The notes below the pieces were generated by a model. It was not told the DNA's origin and searched no databases. It saw nothing but the letters and a program-made list of their open reading frames with translations. The translations under genes were made by a program, and so were the position numbers. A stretch of DNA of 62,162 nucleotides, counting the filler, from Ionaspis alba (lineage: Eukaryota): NCBI GenBank assembly GCA_964255285.1. It is 7 parts of 7 records of this genome, joined end to end, with 100 filler letters (N's around TTAATTAATTAA, not from the genome) between each part and the next. Parts side by side here need not be neighbours in the genome. Positions count along the whole stretch, not along the records: positions 8,931 to 17,758 come from CAXUUL010000701.1; positions 17,859 to 26,662 come from CAXUUL010000702.1; 5 more parts are not named here. One strand, given 5' to 3'. Every line of letters begins with the position of its first letter. Positions within the stretch are counted from its first letter, which is position 1. Positions 11,998 through 24,110 of the stretch are shown in pieces.

Positions 11998-13265
11998 CTA
12001 GGTGGCGGGATCATAGGATGTACAACAGCATATTTCTTAACGCGGCATCCCTCCTACGATCCTACGAAGCACAAAATTACCCTTCTTGAAGCGTCCAAGA
12101 TTGCAGGCGGCGCATCTGGGAAAGCAGGAGGACTTCTAGCGCTCTGGGGTATGCCCATTCACTACTTCATATCTACCTCAAGCTAAATATTGGGCTAGCG
12201 TATCCAAGCAATATCGTCCCTCTCAGCTACCGCCTCCACGCCGAGCTAGCCAAAGAACATAACGGCTCAGAAAGATGGGGATATCGCCAAATACATTGTG
12301 GACAACTCAACGCCAAAGGCCGGCCACTTGATCAAGCGAACGGTAACAAGGCCGCCAAAGAGAAGGACGAATCGGTATCGCTACAAAAGCGAAGCAAACA
12401 AGCCATCGGCACCCTCCGCGCGGCCGGCATCCCCAAAGACCTCGACTGGTTCGTCCCCTCCAGCGTCCGCAGCTACGACGAAATGGGCGACCCCTCCACA
12501 ACCGCCCAAGTCCACCCCTACCAATTCACCACCTCTATGGCTTCCCTTGCCCAAGAAAAAGGGGTCAACATCATTCTGGGCCGCGTAACCAGCATCGACA
12601 AGTCAGAAAACAAGGTCCAGTCCATCACCTACGAAGACAAAGCCACCTCCACCCCACACACCCTCCCCGCAACGGACGTCATCATCTCAGCCGGCCCCTG
12701 GACCCAATCCGTCTACCCACCGGCCCCCATCTCCGCCCTTCGCGCTCATAGCGTGACCATCCGCCCCTCCCGCCCCGTCTCCGCCTACGCCCTCTTCACC
12801 GAAATCGCTCTCCCGACGGACTTCGGCCGAACAGGCGAATCAACAAAGTCGAAACGCGCGCACGCAAAACACGTCACACCGGAAATCTACGCACGGCCGA
12901 ACAACGAAGTCTACGCCTGCGGGGAAGGGGACACACTGGTGCCGCTGCCGAAGTCGACCGAGGATGTGGAAACAGACGAGGCGAGATGTCAAGATATCAT
13001 CGACTATGTGTCGAGTATCTCGGACGAGATGCGGGATGGAGAGGTGACGGCAAGGCAGGCTTGCTATTTGCCGAATGTGGAGGGAGCGAGTGCGGGGCCG
13101 TTGATTGGAGAGACGGGGGTGAAGGGGCTGTTGATGGCGGCGGGGCATACGTGTTGGGGGATTCAGAATGGGCCGGGGACGGGGAAGTTGGTGGCGGAGT
13201 TTGTGTTTGAGGGGAGGGCGAAGAGTGCGAGTATTGGGGCTTTGGATCCGAGGAGGGTGTTGTAG
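11998..13265 (+). CDS. FAD-dependent oxidoreductase, DAO family (Tda3-like); 5' end in gap
   Basis: GGGIIG Rossmann motif, GASGKAGG, and GHTCWGIQNGPGTG. Intron at about 12149-12198. Confidence 0.9.
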
Positions 13266-13477
13266 GTAAGGGCTGGCTAGCCCATCCTCGGGAGCTTTTT
13301 GTTTGATTCTGAAAATCCGGAGACTGTGTTATTGGTAGACGTCAATGTTCGTTAATAGGCGAACAATACTTGGTGAAAACCCAAATACTTCGTTGAGGTT
13401 TTTATCGAAACCGAGTCTGAGTTGAGGCAGATCTCTATGAACTCGTTTACCCTTTTCTGTCTTCCTAAAGTCAGGTT

Positions 13478-14848
13478 TTATGTCATTGGCGGCTGCGCAA
13501 AATCGACCAACCACAACGCCAGCTTCTTGACGTTCTCCATTGGCACCGCATTATAGTTGCTCACCCTTACACCACCCACACTCCTATGCCCTTTCAGGCC
13601 CTGCAAACCTCTCTTCTCAGCTCCTTCTAAGAATTCCTTCTCCTTCGCCGCATCTCCTCCATCGATCCTGAAACAAATATTCATCCTACTCCGGATCTTC
13701 TTGTCCGGACAAACTTGATACACCTTGTCATTCGCGTCCAAGATGTCATATATGGTTTTAGCTTTCTCACTTGCAAGGTTCTCCTGCGAATTGGTTTGCT
13801 GCGATCCATGTACTGACAGAGTATTTCGCATGACTTCGCCGGCAATCCAGATGCTGAAGATGGGAATGGTGTTGTATAGAGAGTTGTTTTTGGCGATGGT
13901 GGCCCAATTGAATATGGCGGGTGGTGACCAGACACCGACGGCGTGGAGAAATGAGGGAGTAGGATAGGAGGCGAGGAGCGATTTGCGGAGGATGACTATG
14001 GTGGTATCTGTTATGCCGATGTTCTTTTGTGCCCCGCCCTGGATATCGATGAGCAATGACCCGGTAGTAGGGGCAAAAGAATAGCCAGGTGGTCTACTTA
14101 CGAAGATTACGGCGTACTTGCTCACGTCCACATGTCGGCTCAAGAAATTCGAGCTCATGTCTGCGACTATAAGCCTTTCATCCATCTCTTCTTGACCTTG
14201 TGCTTCAAGGCATTTGGGGAAACTGGGGAACTCCACGCCATCCACGGTCTCGTTATCACAGTAGTAGACAAACGCGGAGCCTTTGCCGCCGTCCTTCCGC
14301 GTAGGCGTCAATTGCCAGGTACTTTCGTCCGGTATCGTTCCGAACTTGCCCCCATTTGCCTTCCTTGCATCCATAGCTACGTTTGTAAAGCCTTTGCCCA
14401 ATGGCTCGAGTAGGTTCGCTGCCTCCTGAGATGCCTTCAATGACCAGGATCCTGTGACAAGGTAATCCAGCTTCAATTCTTCCCTTAGCTCTCTCCTGAC
14501 CCTCTCCAGGATCTTCTCCTCATCGCCACCAAGCTCTTTCTCTGCACGTCTTCTCCTTTGTTCCACCCAAACAGCAACCATATTGAAGACCACGGCACTG
14601 AACTCTCCTGTACCACCTCCATGGAGGAACAAGACCTCATAGCTATCCGGGATCTCCAGAATAGATGCTAATGCAGACTTGGCGTCGTTCAATATCTTCG
14701 TGGCAAGCGGAGAACGATGAGAGACTTCGGCAAGCGACAGCCCAGTATTCTCGTAGTTCAAAAATGCTTGGGAGCCAGCTTCGAGGATCTTTGTAGGCAT
14801 TGGAGCTGGTCCAGCCCCGAAATAAGCAATTTCTTCACGAGCAACCAT
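13478..14848 (-). CDS. SER1: Phosphoserine aminotransferase
   Basis: YFGAGPA, SHRS, GGGTGEF, NETVDGVEF, DMSS, GAQKNIG, YNT and GHRSVGG motifs. In-frame 63-nt intron 14039-14101. Confidence 0.96.
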   Translation of the reverse strand: MVAREEIAYFGAGPAPMPTKILEAGSQAFLNYENTGLSLAEVSHRSPLATKILNDAKSALASILEIPDSYEVLFLHGGGTGEFSAVVFNMVAVWVEQRRRRAEKELGGDEEKILERVRRELREELKLDYLVTGSWSLKASQEAANLLEPLGKGFTNVAMDARKANGGKFGTIPDESTWQLTPTRKDGGKGSAFVYYCDNETVDGVEFPSFPKCLEAQGQEEMDERLIVADMSSNFLSRHVDVSKYAVIFVSRPPGYSFAPTTGSLLIDIQGGAQKNIGITDTTIVILRKSLLASYPTPSFLHAVGVWSPPAIFNWATIAKNNSLYNTIPIFSIWIAGEVMRNTLSVHGSQQTNSQENLASEKAKTIYDILDANDKVYQVCPDKKIRSRMNICFRIDGGDAAKEKEFLEGAEKRGLQGLKGHRSVGGVRVSNYNAVPMENVKKLALWLVDFAQPPMT

Positions 14849-15080
14849 ATTTCCTGGCTTGAATAGCCTCCGCAAAGATAAAAATATGTTTTGCAGTCCA
14901 ATAGCCGGCACAGAAAACTTGGATTAAAGATTGGGGTGGCGAAGCAAGAGACAACCAACAGAATTGAACAGTTTGCTGATAGCGAAGTAAAAATCACGAA
15001 ATGTCAATCAAATTTTCTGTCAGATATCCCAATCATAAGGGCACAAAAGAATAGAGAGAGAAAATCTCACGGCTATCGAA

Positions 15081-15109
15081 GAGTCATACGCAAATGAGGT
15101 GATTGACTC
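15081..15109. promoter_or_regulatory. Two oppositely oriented Gcn4/CpcA-type cores in the SER1-LYS4 divergent promoter
   Basis: GAGTCA at 15081-15086 and TGACTC at 15104-15109, between two amino-acid biosynthesis genes. Confidence 0.6.
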
Positions 15110-15220
15110 CGAACTCGGCTGCGGCGGAATCGAAAGTTTTCTGCGGAAATAGCTTGAAGCTCCAAGACAAAAGATCCTCGACGTGCCTCGTTACGCGATT
15201 CGTGGGATCACACCATAGCG

Positions 15221-17725
15221 ATGAGGAGGCACGTTGGCGTTCAGGTAAATGATGTCCTTGCTTTGGGGAAGCCGTTCTCCACCGGCAATGGCTGATCAAA
15301 GTCACAGGGGTGTACGAGAACCCTCGTGGTAAACTGTAGACCTCCTAGAACAACGGCATTACGAGCTACCCTCCGCCAAAGACCACGGAATTATACAGTC
15401 TCAAGCCAGCGATATCAAGATGTGTTCCACTCCCAGCTCTCCGATCCCTCCTCCGCGGCCCTCCTCTCGACTCTCAAAACCTCCCCGGCAACTCCCCAAA
15501 CACTGACCGAGAAAATCGTCCAACGGTACTCCCTCGGCCTGCCCAAAGACAAAGTCGTCAAATCTGGCGACTATGTCACACTCTCCCCACACCACTGCAT
15601 GACGCACGACAACTCCTGGCCGGTGGCGCTGAAGTTCATGTCAATTGGCGCGTACAAGATCCACGACAAGAAGCAGATTGTCATGACGCTCGATCACGAT
15701 GTGCAGAATAAGAGCGAGGCGAATTTGAAGAAGTATAGGCAGATTGAGGAGTTTGCGAAGAAGCAGGGGGTGGATTTCTACCCAGCCGGAAGGGGCATTG
15801 GCCATCAGATTATGGTGGAGGAAGGATATGCGTGGCCCGGAACACTGGCTGTGGCTTCGGACAGTCATACGAATATGTACGGAGGCATTGGATGCCTTGG
15901 GACTGCGGTGGTAAGGACAGATGCCGCGAGTATCTGGGCTACAGGAAGGACTTGGTGGCAGATACCCCCTATCGCCAAGGTCACCCTAAATGGAACATTG
16001 CCGGAGGGAGTCACTGGAAAAGATGTGATAGTGGCACTTTGCGGACTGTTCAGCAAAGACGAGGTGCTTAACCATGCCATAGAGTTTACCGGGTCGGAAG
16101 AGACCATGAAGAGCTTGCCAGTCGATGACAGGTTAGCAATAGCCAACATGACTACGGAATGGGGCGCATTGACGGGACTATTTCCTATCGACTCAGTGTT
16201 GCAAGGGTGGTTGAGGTCAAAGGCAACGATGGCTGCCATGTACAAGAATCCTGATGCGACCACTCATGAACGATTTACACATGCCCGTCTTGACGAGTTG
16301 TTCGCAAATCAGCTGTCAGCCGACAAAGCTGCCAAATATGCAAAATACCTTCATATCGACCTTTCCACACTATCGCCCTACGTTTCGGGCCCCAACTCCG
16401 TCAAAGTCGCCACACCGCTCAATGAACTAGCGGCACAGGATATCAAAGTCAACAGAGCTTACCTGGTCTCGTGCACGAATTCAAGAGCATCGGACCTGGC
16501 AGCCGCAGCAAAAGTCTTCAAGGACGCCGCGGAAGACAACGATGGCAAGATCCCAAAGGTTGCCGACGGCGTCAATTTCTACATTGCTGCAGCATCGAAG
16601 CCGGAGCAAGCTGCCGCTGAGGAAGCAGGTGATTGGCAAGCCATGTTGGAAGCAGGTGCCCAACCTTTGCCCGCAGGCTGTGGTCCATGTATCGGTCTTG
16701 GAGCCGGGTTACTTGAACCCGGAGAAGTGGGCATCAGTGCCAGCAATCGAAACTTCAAAGGGCGGATGGGCTCAACAGATGCAAAGGCCTATCTGGCAAG
16801 TCCCGAGGTCGTGGCTGCAAGTGCGCTTAGCGGCAAGATCACGGGGCCGGGCAAGTACCAGCAACCGCCAAATTGGTCAGGCGTGGTTCTTGGGGAGGGC
16901 GATGGCATCAAAGAGGAAGACAGAATGATCACGGCCGACGAGGCTTTGGAGAAAGTTATCGGGCAGCTCGACAGCATCGTCGAGACGGCAGAAGACGATC
17001 TCTTTGGAGCAGCACCCGAAAAGTCGACAAACGACGATACTCTCGTCGAAGTGCTACCTGGCTTTCCCGAGAAAGTCTCCGGCGAAATCGTCTTCTGCGA
17101 CGCCGACAACATCAGCACAGATGGCATTTACCCAGGCAAGCTTACCTATCAGGATGACGTGGCCGTCGAGAAAATGGCAGAAGCATGCCTGATGAACTAC
17201 GATCCGACCTTCTCCTCCACCGCGAAAGCCGGTGACATTCTCGTCGCCGGCTTCAACTTCGGCTGTGGCAGTTCTAGAGAACAAGCCGCGACAGCCATTC
17301 TAGCGAAGAAAATCCCTCTTGTCGTCGCTGGTAGCTTCGGTAATATTTTTTCCCGCAATAGCATCAACAATGCTCTGATGGGCGTCGAGGTCCCGAGGCT
17401 CGTGCAGCGACTACGAGAATCGTTCTCCGCTGCAACGATTGAGAAATCCCAACAGCAGATCACGGAGCCGACTCAGAACCGCGAATCGCTCGACTCGCCT
17501 CCTCCCGCACCGCAGAATATACCGAGTCAGGAGAAGATGCTTACAAGACGGACCGGGTGGACTTTTGTCTGGGATGTTAGACGCAGTAGGGTGGAGGTGC
17601 AGGAGGGAGAGGGAGGCGCTAAGTGGACGCAGAAGGTGGGGGAGTTGCCGCCGAATGTGCAGGAGATTATTGCGAGAGGGGGGTTGGAGAAGTGGGTGAA
17701 GAGGGAGATCGATGCGAGTGGTTGA
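15221..17725 (+). CDS. LYS4: Homoaconitase, mitochondrial
   Basis: [47 protein letters not shown] and [11 protein letters not shown]. First exon MRRHVGVQ, intron 15245-15307, Arg-rich presequence. Confidence 0.96.
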
Positions 17726-17758
17726 CCATGAGCATTTCGACGTTGATGGTGATTTGAA

Positions 17759-17858
17759 NNNNNNNNNNNNNNNNNNNNNNNNNNNNNNNNNNNNNNNNNN
17801 NNTTAATTAATTAANNNNNNNNNNNNNNNNNNNNNNNNNNNNNNNNNNNNNNNNNNNN
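17759..17858. other. Artificial scaffold linker
   Basis: N44-TTAATTAATTAA-N44. Confidence 0.98.
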
Positions 17859-18258
17859 TGTGGAGGATATCGCAGCTTCGTAGTGGAAACAATAGAGGTC
17901 GCATCCAGCCTTTCGGAAGTCCTTGACCCACTTCTTGGGCTGAGCAAAGACCAGGAATGTGTCAGCCTGGTGTATTGGCTTCATAGCAACGCGAGGCAGG
18001 TTCCATGAAGCGTACCTCTGCGATCATCATATGGCAATCGAAGGTTCCTTTGCCGTAGGAGGTCTTGGGCCGCTCAACATGAGACCGTATCTTTGTTACA
18101 ACCGGTGCACCAAACGTCATATTCGGCACGAAGTGCCCATCCATTACATCCACATGTAGCCACGAAGCTCCGTTTTTCATGGTGTCTGCACATGCGGCGC
18201 CTAATGCAGCGAAGTCCGCTGATAGGATGGAGGGTGCAATGATGGCTGGAGGAGGCAT
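17859..18258 (-). CDS. RPE1: Ribulose-phosphate 3-epimerase, 5' part
   Basis: [24 protein letters not shown] and FDCHMM; after an intron [22 protein letters not shown]. Cut by scaffold end. Confidence 0.95.
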
Positions 18259-19298
18259 TGTGGACGATAGGCTGCTGGGGGCTTTTCCTAGCCAGGCCTG
18301 AATGCTAGTTTCTCTGCTCGCGGAATACAGAGGGATTGATTGAAAGTGGTTGCCAGTTGTCTAGACTGATGCCAGGGAGAGGCAGGGTGGTTGAAAGGTT
18401 GAAGTCTAGCGCGAACTTCGTGGAGCATCGAGGTTGGAGGTTGGAGACCTGGGCAGACTCCTGGCGAGCGCCTCGATACATGATAGGCCCACGTCACTCC
18501 CTTTTCTCCAAGTCTGAACTTCTTCAGTAAGGAAGGGAGTACACATTGTATGTCGACTATTCGCACTAGAGATTGCAAAGTGCGATTATCATGGCGTTCG
18601 GGAGGGCTTGTCCTAATCTCATGTGGTCGCAATTCTGGTCGTGCTGGCAGGGTGCCTCCCGACATAACCCCACCAACTCGAGGCATTGTTCCTGAACGCG
18701 CCGACAGTATACCAGCCCTGGCCACAAATGGGAAAGGATGTTTCCAGGGCTAAACGAGTCTCGGGATTGGATGGAGGGAGGGAAGGATCACTAGACTCCT
18801 TCTCCAATAGCGTTACCTACGCGCCGACAGTATGGTCGCGACCGTTTTGAGCTGTCGGCGCTTCCACGACATCCAATCGTCCCCGAAGGTCCTGGGTCCC
18901 CAAGACTCGACTTCCAGCCTACAATTAAGTCTATTGGCTGTTACACTCTGGGGTGCAGACCGGTAGCTCTTTCCCTGTTGCCATCAGTCCTGGTGGAAGG
19001 CCGTTTTTGTGTTCTGTTGTTCTTGCATATTGCTAAAATTGATTTCAACCATGATTGCCAATAGTTGCAACCGCTGAAAGGAATAGCTCCATGAAGTTGA
19101 GCCGCTATAAGTCCTGCGTGGCCCCAGTCTTTCTTCATGGTGTACGGTATCTGAGTTGTTCTCAAGCCACTCTCTAGTGTTTCTTTTTCTCTCGTTTTTT
19201 GCTTTTCTTTCGTTTTTGCGTTCCACATAATCCGTTGATCGGATTTCTGTACAGTCTCTTTTAATTTTGCTTCATATTCACAAAACAGCTCCAAAACC

Positions 19299-22178
19299 AT
19301 GGATTCCTTTCTCTTACCCGCAACTAGATACCAACCGCCAACCCGGCTGGCCCGGACGTTGGCTCTTAATACAATAATGGAAGATGATATAATCGAGGGG
19401 AAGAAGCAGGAGCAAGATAGGAGTGGCCGCGGAAGGTCAAGGAGTATATCAGAACATTCAGCCAGTGCATCATGCTCGCCAGTTCCGTCCCTGACATCGA
19501 CAATCTCATCATATTACCATTCACAACGACGGTCACAAGACTTCGATGACTTGTATGATGTTTCCGATAGCGAGTTCGAAGACAATGACAGGACACCGGG
19601 TCTCAACGACAGACCATCGAGTATGTTCTCTGATGATTCCAGACGGAGTTCCTGGAGTGTTGCGAGTAGCAAAAACAGATACCCATCCCTTGTCATCCCA
19701 AGCCCGAGGAATTGGCCGACTCACCAGAACTTTCACAAGAATTCTCCAGTTCCACCAACGCCGCCGCCAAAGATTCCGATTTCGCCTGCAGTGCTATCAC
19801 TCCTGATTCCTCGAGCTCCCGCATCAAGCGCAACCCCGTCTCTTGACGGCAGTCTTACGTCAGATCAGCTGGCTGCATCGACAGCGCCTCCGACTCCCGA
19901 TATGCAGACTAATGCAATTGGCCCCAATGCCTGGAATCATGTTGAAGTGTCTGTATCTGGTTGTGATTTCAACGAACATATCTCACATGATACGGAGGTA
20001 CCCATCATCGAAGTCCAATTACAAGACAATGATGTTTGGAACACAGAGAGCCACGATTTCGCCGATGCTGTCTGTGTTCCAGTCGTTGCCCGGCCTGAAA
20101 GTCCACTGCTTGGCATCACTGTGCAAGAAGACGAATACGAGGATGAGGACATCAAGGCGGAAATGGGTGTGCAATTACCTGCTGGAGCTCTCGATACTCT
20201 CCGACATCTCTCCCTCGAGGTCAGCTCGGAACCTTCTTCAGCAGTAGATCAACGGTCCGAACACGAGATGCAAGAAGTTTTCACACCAGGCCTAGCAAAA
20301 GCAGATCGAAGACGAAGTTGGGATCAGACTCCTGCCTCAGAAGTGTCCGACTGTAGCTTTTCCGCTTTAAGCATACCATCGCCAGGTGGTTTCTTTTCAT
20401 CTCTTGGAGCCAATGCAAGACATACCTGGTATGGCTTTGGTCAGGGAAACAACAATCCACCATCGTCTACTACTGCCGAACACTTCTACAATGCGCCATG
20501 GAACACACAGCCCGAAGTCATTGTTCAGCAAGTTGTTGAGGTTGACGATGACGGTACAGAGGGCCCACCAACCGCAAAGCAGATGCCATTTGTTACCACG
20601 CCGCAAACCATCCGACCATCCACCACGCGCACGAACACAGATGTTACAATTACAAGCATTCAAGAGATCCAGATCGCCAAACCCGCAAAGGATGACGATG
20701 AGGGCTTCGAGAAGGAGATCTGGCGTTCAGCAGAGACGATCTTCGACCGAACTAGCACATGGCTGGCTGAACAAACATCATACATGGCAGCTCTACGTGA
20801 GGCCAATCCCGTCAATCAGAAGTCGGATGAGACCAAGACTATCTTAAGAAAAACAAGCAGACACTTGAGAGATGATTCTGTCGATTCTCCCATGAAGAAG
20901 GCCGTCAAATTCCTCGACATTGAAACCGCCAACACTCCTCGCGCCAGATCTACTTCCGAATCGAAGTCCGACCCCTTGTTCTACCAAGCATTCCAGCACA
21001 TGTCCAATGCTTCATCTCCTACCGACTCTTTCATCCACCGCCAGACAAGGTACGATGCCATCCAAGCCAGTCGCACCAGCTCACCTCAAGAACATCTCGA
21101 TCAACTGCTAGGGTACTACCACACCACGGACGCCAGCCGCCCCAACCCTCAACGACCCATCTCCATGATGCCTGGAAAAGGTGATGCTGTTGAGGAGACC
21201 GCAGAACAACGCGTCATCTCCCGCGTCGAGAGAGAGCGCCAAGCACTAGAGCAAGTCACCCCTGCCATGTGGATTGTCGAAGCCATTAGATATCTCAATG
21301 GAGGTCGAATTGTCAATGGACCTGTTTCTACCGTCCTATCCAACGCCGCACCCCTCACCAAGAAGAACGTCGAGCACGTCAGGGTCCTCGATCTCGGTGG
21401 CCAGCCAAGATGCGACTGGGCATGGCACTGTGCCCGCGAATACCCAAACGTCAAAATCTACACCGCCACCAGCGACCACCGCGCTCAAGGCTCCAGTCTC
21501 CGCGGCCCCAGCAACCATCGTCTGGTCTCTGTTACCAAGCTTTGGGAACTTCCCTTCCCAGACAACCACTTCGATGCCATCTCCGCACGCTCGCTGTTCA
21601 CCTTCCTCAAGAACGAAAAGCCCCTCGGTGAGACCGTCGATGAATACGATATGTGTTTGAAGGAATGTCTTCGGTGTCTCAAGCCTGGTGGATATCTCGA
21701 ATGGTTCGTTCTCGACTCCGAGATCGTCCATGCTGGACCTCGTGGCACTGCCGTGTCGGTTGAGTTTGGGTTCAACCTCAAAGCTAGAGGCTACGATCCC
21801 GCTCCCTCCAAGAGCTGGCTGGGTAGAATTCGCCGTGCCGGACTCGTCGATATCAAGCGCGCGTGGATGTTCATGCCGATGGGTGCTGTGAATCACAACG
21901 CACATATCCCGCCTGAGACACCGCCGCCACATGTGTCGATGTACGAGGATAGGATCTTGATGGCTGAAGCAGTACAGGGACCTATTGGGTCGAAGGATGA
22001 TGCTGCGATGATCTCGGGGCTTGTAGGCAGTTGGGCGTGGGAGCAATGGATGTTGAAGTTGCAGATGGAGATGGGAAGGGAGAACTTGCTTGAAGGTGTC
22101 GGGGCGGTTTTGGAGGAGGGTAAGTCTACAGGTGCTGGGTGGAGGTGTTTGAGTGGGTGGGCGAGGAAACCGTTGTAG
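19299..22178 (+). CDS. Fungal protein with a long Ser/Pro-rich N-terminus and a C-terminal SAM-methyltransferase-like domain
   Basis: 959-aa ORF with VRVLDLGG, LPFPDNHFDAISAR and ECLRCLKPGGYLE. Confidence 0.85.
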   Translation: MDSFLLPATRYQPPTRLARTLALNTIMEDDIIEGKKQEQDRSGRGRSRSISEHSASASCSPVPSLTSTISSYYHSQRRSQDFDDLYDVSDSEFEDNDRTPGLNDRPSSMFSDDSRRSSWSVASSKNRYPSLVIPSPRNWPTHQNFHKNSPVPPTPPPKIPISPAVLSLLIPRAPASSATPSLDGSLTSDQLAASTAPPTPDMQTNAIGPNAWNHVEVSVSGCDFNEHISHDTEVPIIEVQLQDNDVWNTESHDFADAVCVPVVARPESPLLGITVQEDEYEDEDIKAEMGVQLPAGALDTLRHLSLEVSSEPSSAVDQRSEHEMQEVFTPGLAKADRRRSWDQTPASEVSDCSFSALSIPSPGGFFSSLGANARHTWYGFGQGNNNPPSSTTAEHFYNAPWNTQPEVIVQQVVEVDDDGTEGPPTAKQMPFVTTPQTIRPSTTRTNTDVTITSIQEIQIAKPAKDDDEGFEKEIWRSAETIFDRTSTWLAEQTSYMAALREANPVNQKSDETKTILRKTSRHLRDDSVDSPMKKAVKFLDIETANTPRARSTSESKSDPLFYQAFQHMSNASSPTDSFIHRQTRYDAIQASRTSSPQEHLDQLLGYYHTTDASRPNPQRPISMMPGKGDAVEETAEQRVISRVERERQALEQVTPAMWIVEAIRYLNGGRIVNGPVSTVLSNAAPLTKKNVEHVRVLDLGGQPRCDWAWHCAREYPNVKIYTATSDHRAQGSSLRGPSNHRLVSVTKLWELPFPDNHFDAISARSLFTFLKNEKPLGETVDEYDMCLKECLRCLKPGGYLEWFVLDSEIVHAGPRGTAVSVEFGFNLKARGYDPAPSKSWLGRIRRAGLVDIKRAWMFMPMGAVNHNAHIPPETPPPHVSMYEDRILMAEAVQGPIGSKDDAAMISGLVGSWAWEQWMLKLQMEMGRENLLEGVGAVLEEGKSTGAGWRCLSGWARKPL

Positions 22179-22717
22179 AGTTAGATTGGTCTGGGATGGG
22201 TGCGGGATTTGGTATTGCAGCTACTGGAAGATTGGTAGAATAGTACATATATTTGCCTATATGGACAAATTTTGTTTGAATCTGCTACAGCTTACTTGAC
22301 TATGAAGAAGACTCGAACTCAGAAGCTATCTCAGATCTTCGAGGGCTGATCGAAGCGTTGAACGAGACAGTCACAGTACGATGGTGATTCACATTAGGGG
22401 GGGTGTCCCCAAATATTGAAGTTTTAGCTCGTTGACCAAGAATCAGAGCTTCACCAAAGCATTTGCCAAGCTAATCCTAGAAAGATCAAGCTTCGGAGAT
22501 TTCTCCGGCTTGTCCGGGTACCATCCGTCCAACGGCTCGAGCTTCATGCCAGTCAGCCAGCCAACGCGGTTGCTGCACCGTCTGCCTGGCTGGCTTGCGC
22601 TCCTTCAGCATGGAGCCGCGATAACGGCGCCTTCCTCATGGACACCCTCGTCCTTTGCGTTTGCTCCTCTCCGTTGTCTATATTTGCATATACATACACA
22701 ACCGACCATACATAAAC

Positions 22718-23919
22718 ATGGCACTGGAAAAGCCCTCCCGATCTCATTCCATGTCTCCTCCCCTCTCGCCTCTCACCCACCTGCGAGGTTTCTTCCTCAT
22801 CCTCCCTTTCCTAATCCACCTCCTTCTCACCAACCTCCTCCTATCTCTGCTCCTCCCCTTCACCTTCCTCTTTCCCATCGCCATCCACCGCCTCTCCTCC
22901 CTCCTCGCCTCCTTTGTCTGGGCGCACATCCAGCACCTCTTCACCACCGTCAACGGCGCCCACATAACCATTTCCTTGCCATCCCTCAGCTCTCCTCACG
23001 CTCTCCTCTCCACATCTCCCTCCAGCTCGAGACCTGCAAATGGAGTTCCAGACCTCCGCGCTGAATCTGCCCTCCTCCTCGCCAACCACATCTCCTGGAC
23101 AGACTTCTACCTCATCCAGGCGGTAGCCATCCGCGCCAATATGCTGGGGTACTGTCGATACTTTGCCAAAAGCCAGTTGCGGTGGGTGCCTTTTCTAGGA
23201 TGGGGGCTTTGGGCTATGGGCATGCCGCTTGTAACAAGGGAGTGGGCGCACGACAAGGAGGAGATGGGGAGGGTCTTTCGGGGAGTCAGGAGGTGGGGGT
23301 GGCCGATTTGTAAGGATTGAGTTCTTTTCGTCTGGAGGGAGGAGTAAGGGGCTTGGTTCTGAAGGTGGTGGTGGTGGTGGACGTGGGGCAGGATTAGGAC
23401 TTCATGAATCAACGATGGGTCTTAGTATTCCTGGCTGATCGTGGCCAAATCTTAGGGCTCGTCTCCTACAGCGAATCTACTCGTTACACCCCTACCAAAT
23501 ACGCTGACGCCCTCGCCTGGTGCCGTGTAAATAATCGGCCTCCGCCTTTGCACACTCTCTACCCACGTACACGGGGCTTCGTCGCAACAGTGCAGTCGCT
23601 GCGCTCCGCTCCTCACGTCAAAGGCGTGTACGACCTCACAATTGCCTACGCGGAACGGGATGCTCCCGGTAAGCCGTGGCGATTCTTGAGTGCGCCGACG
23701 ATTTGGCAGAGTCTGGCGATGGGGAGGTTGACTGATAGGTGGAAATTTTACGTGCATGTGGAGAGGTGGGATATTGAGGGGCTGCCTGAAGGGGAAGAGG
23801 GATTGAAGGCGTGGCTGGAAGAGAAATGGATAGAGAAGGGGCGGAGGTTGGAGGCGTTAAGGGTGGACCTGATGGAGGGAAGAGAGTGGGTTGGGGAAGA
23901 GGACAGGAAGGATTTGTGA
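22718..23919 (+). CDS. Lysophospholipid acyltransferase (PlsC family, LCLAT/Cst26-like)
   Basis: NHISWTD (HX4D), FAKSQLRWVPFLGWG, SESTR, LYPRTRGF and YDLTIAY. Intron at about 23310-23455. Confidence 0.88.
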
Positions 23920-24110
23920 GGAAGGAAAGGTTCGATCATGGGGAGGGAATCCTGAGCACACGATGAAGGTTTGGATGTTTCTTTTGCGCATTGATACCCG
24001 CTCTGTGGAGCTCTGTTGGAAAGCTGAAGAGTAGCGGGTTGGATTGTGCATAAATTTCTAGATACCCTAACATACAGTATCAGAAGTCTCGTCCTGGTAT
24101 TTTCCATTTC

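Noticed and set aside
1..17725. LYS9 and LYS4 within 15 kb as a lysine-pathway cluster
   Set aside because: They are separated by an artificial linker and lie on different scaffolds.
19299..23919. Methyltransferase and acyltransferase as tailoring genes of the RiPP pair
   Set aside because: Both look like conserved cellular genes; only proximity links them.
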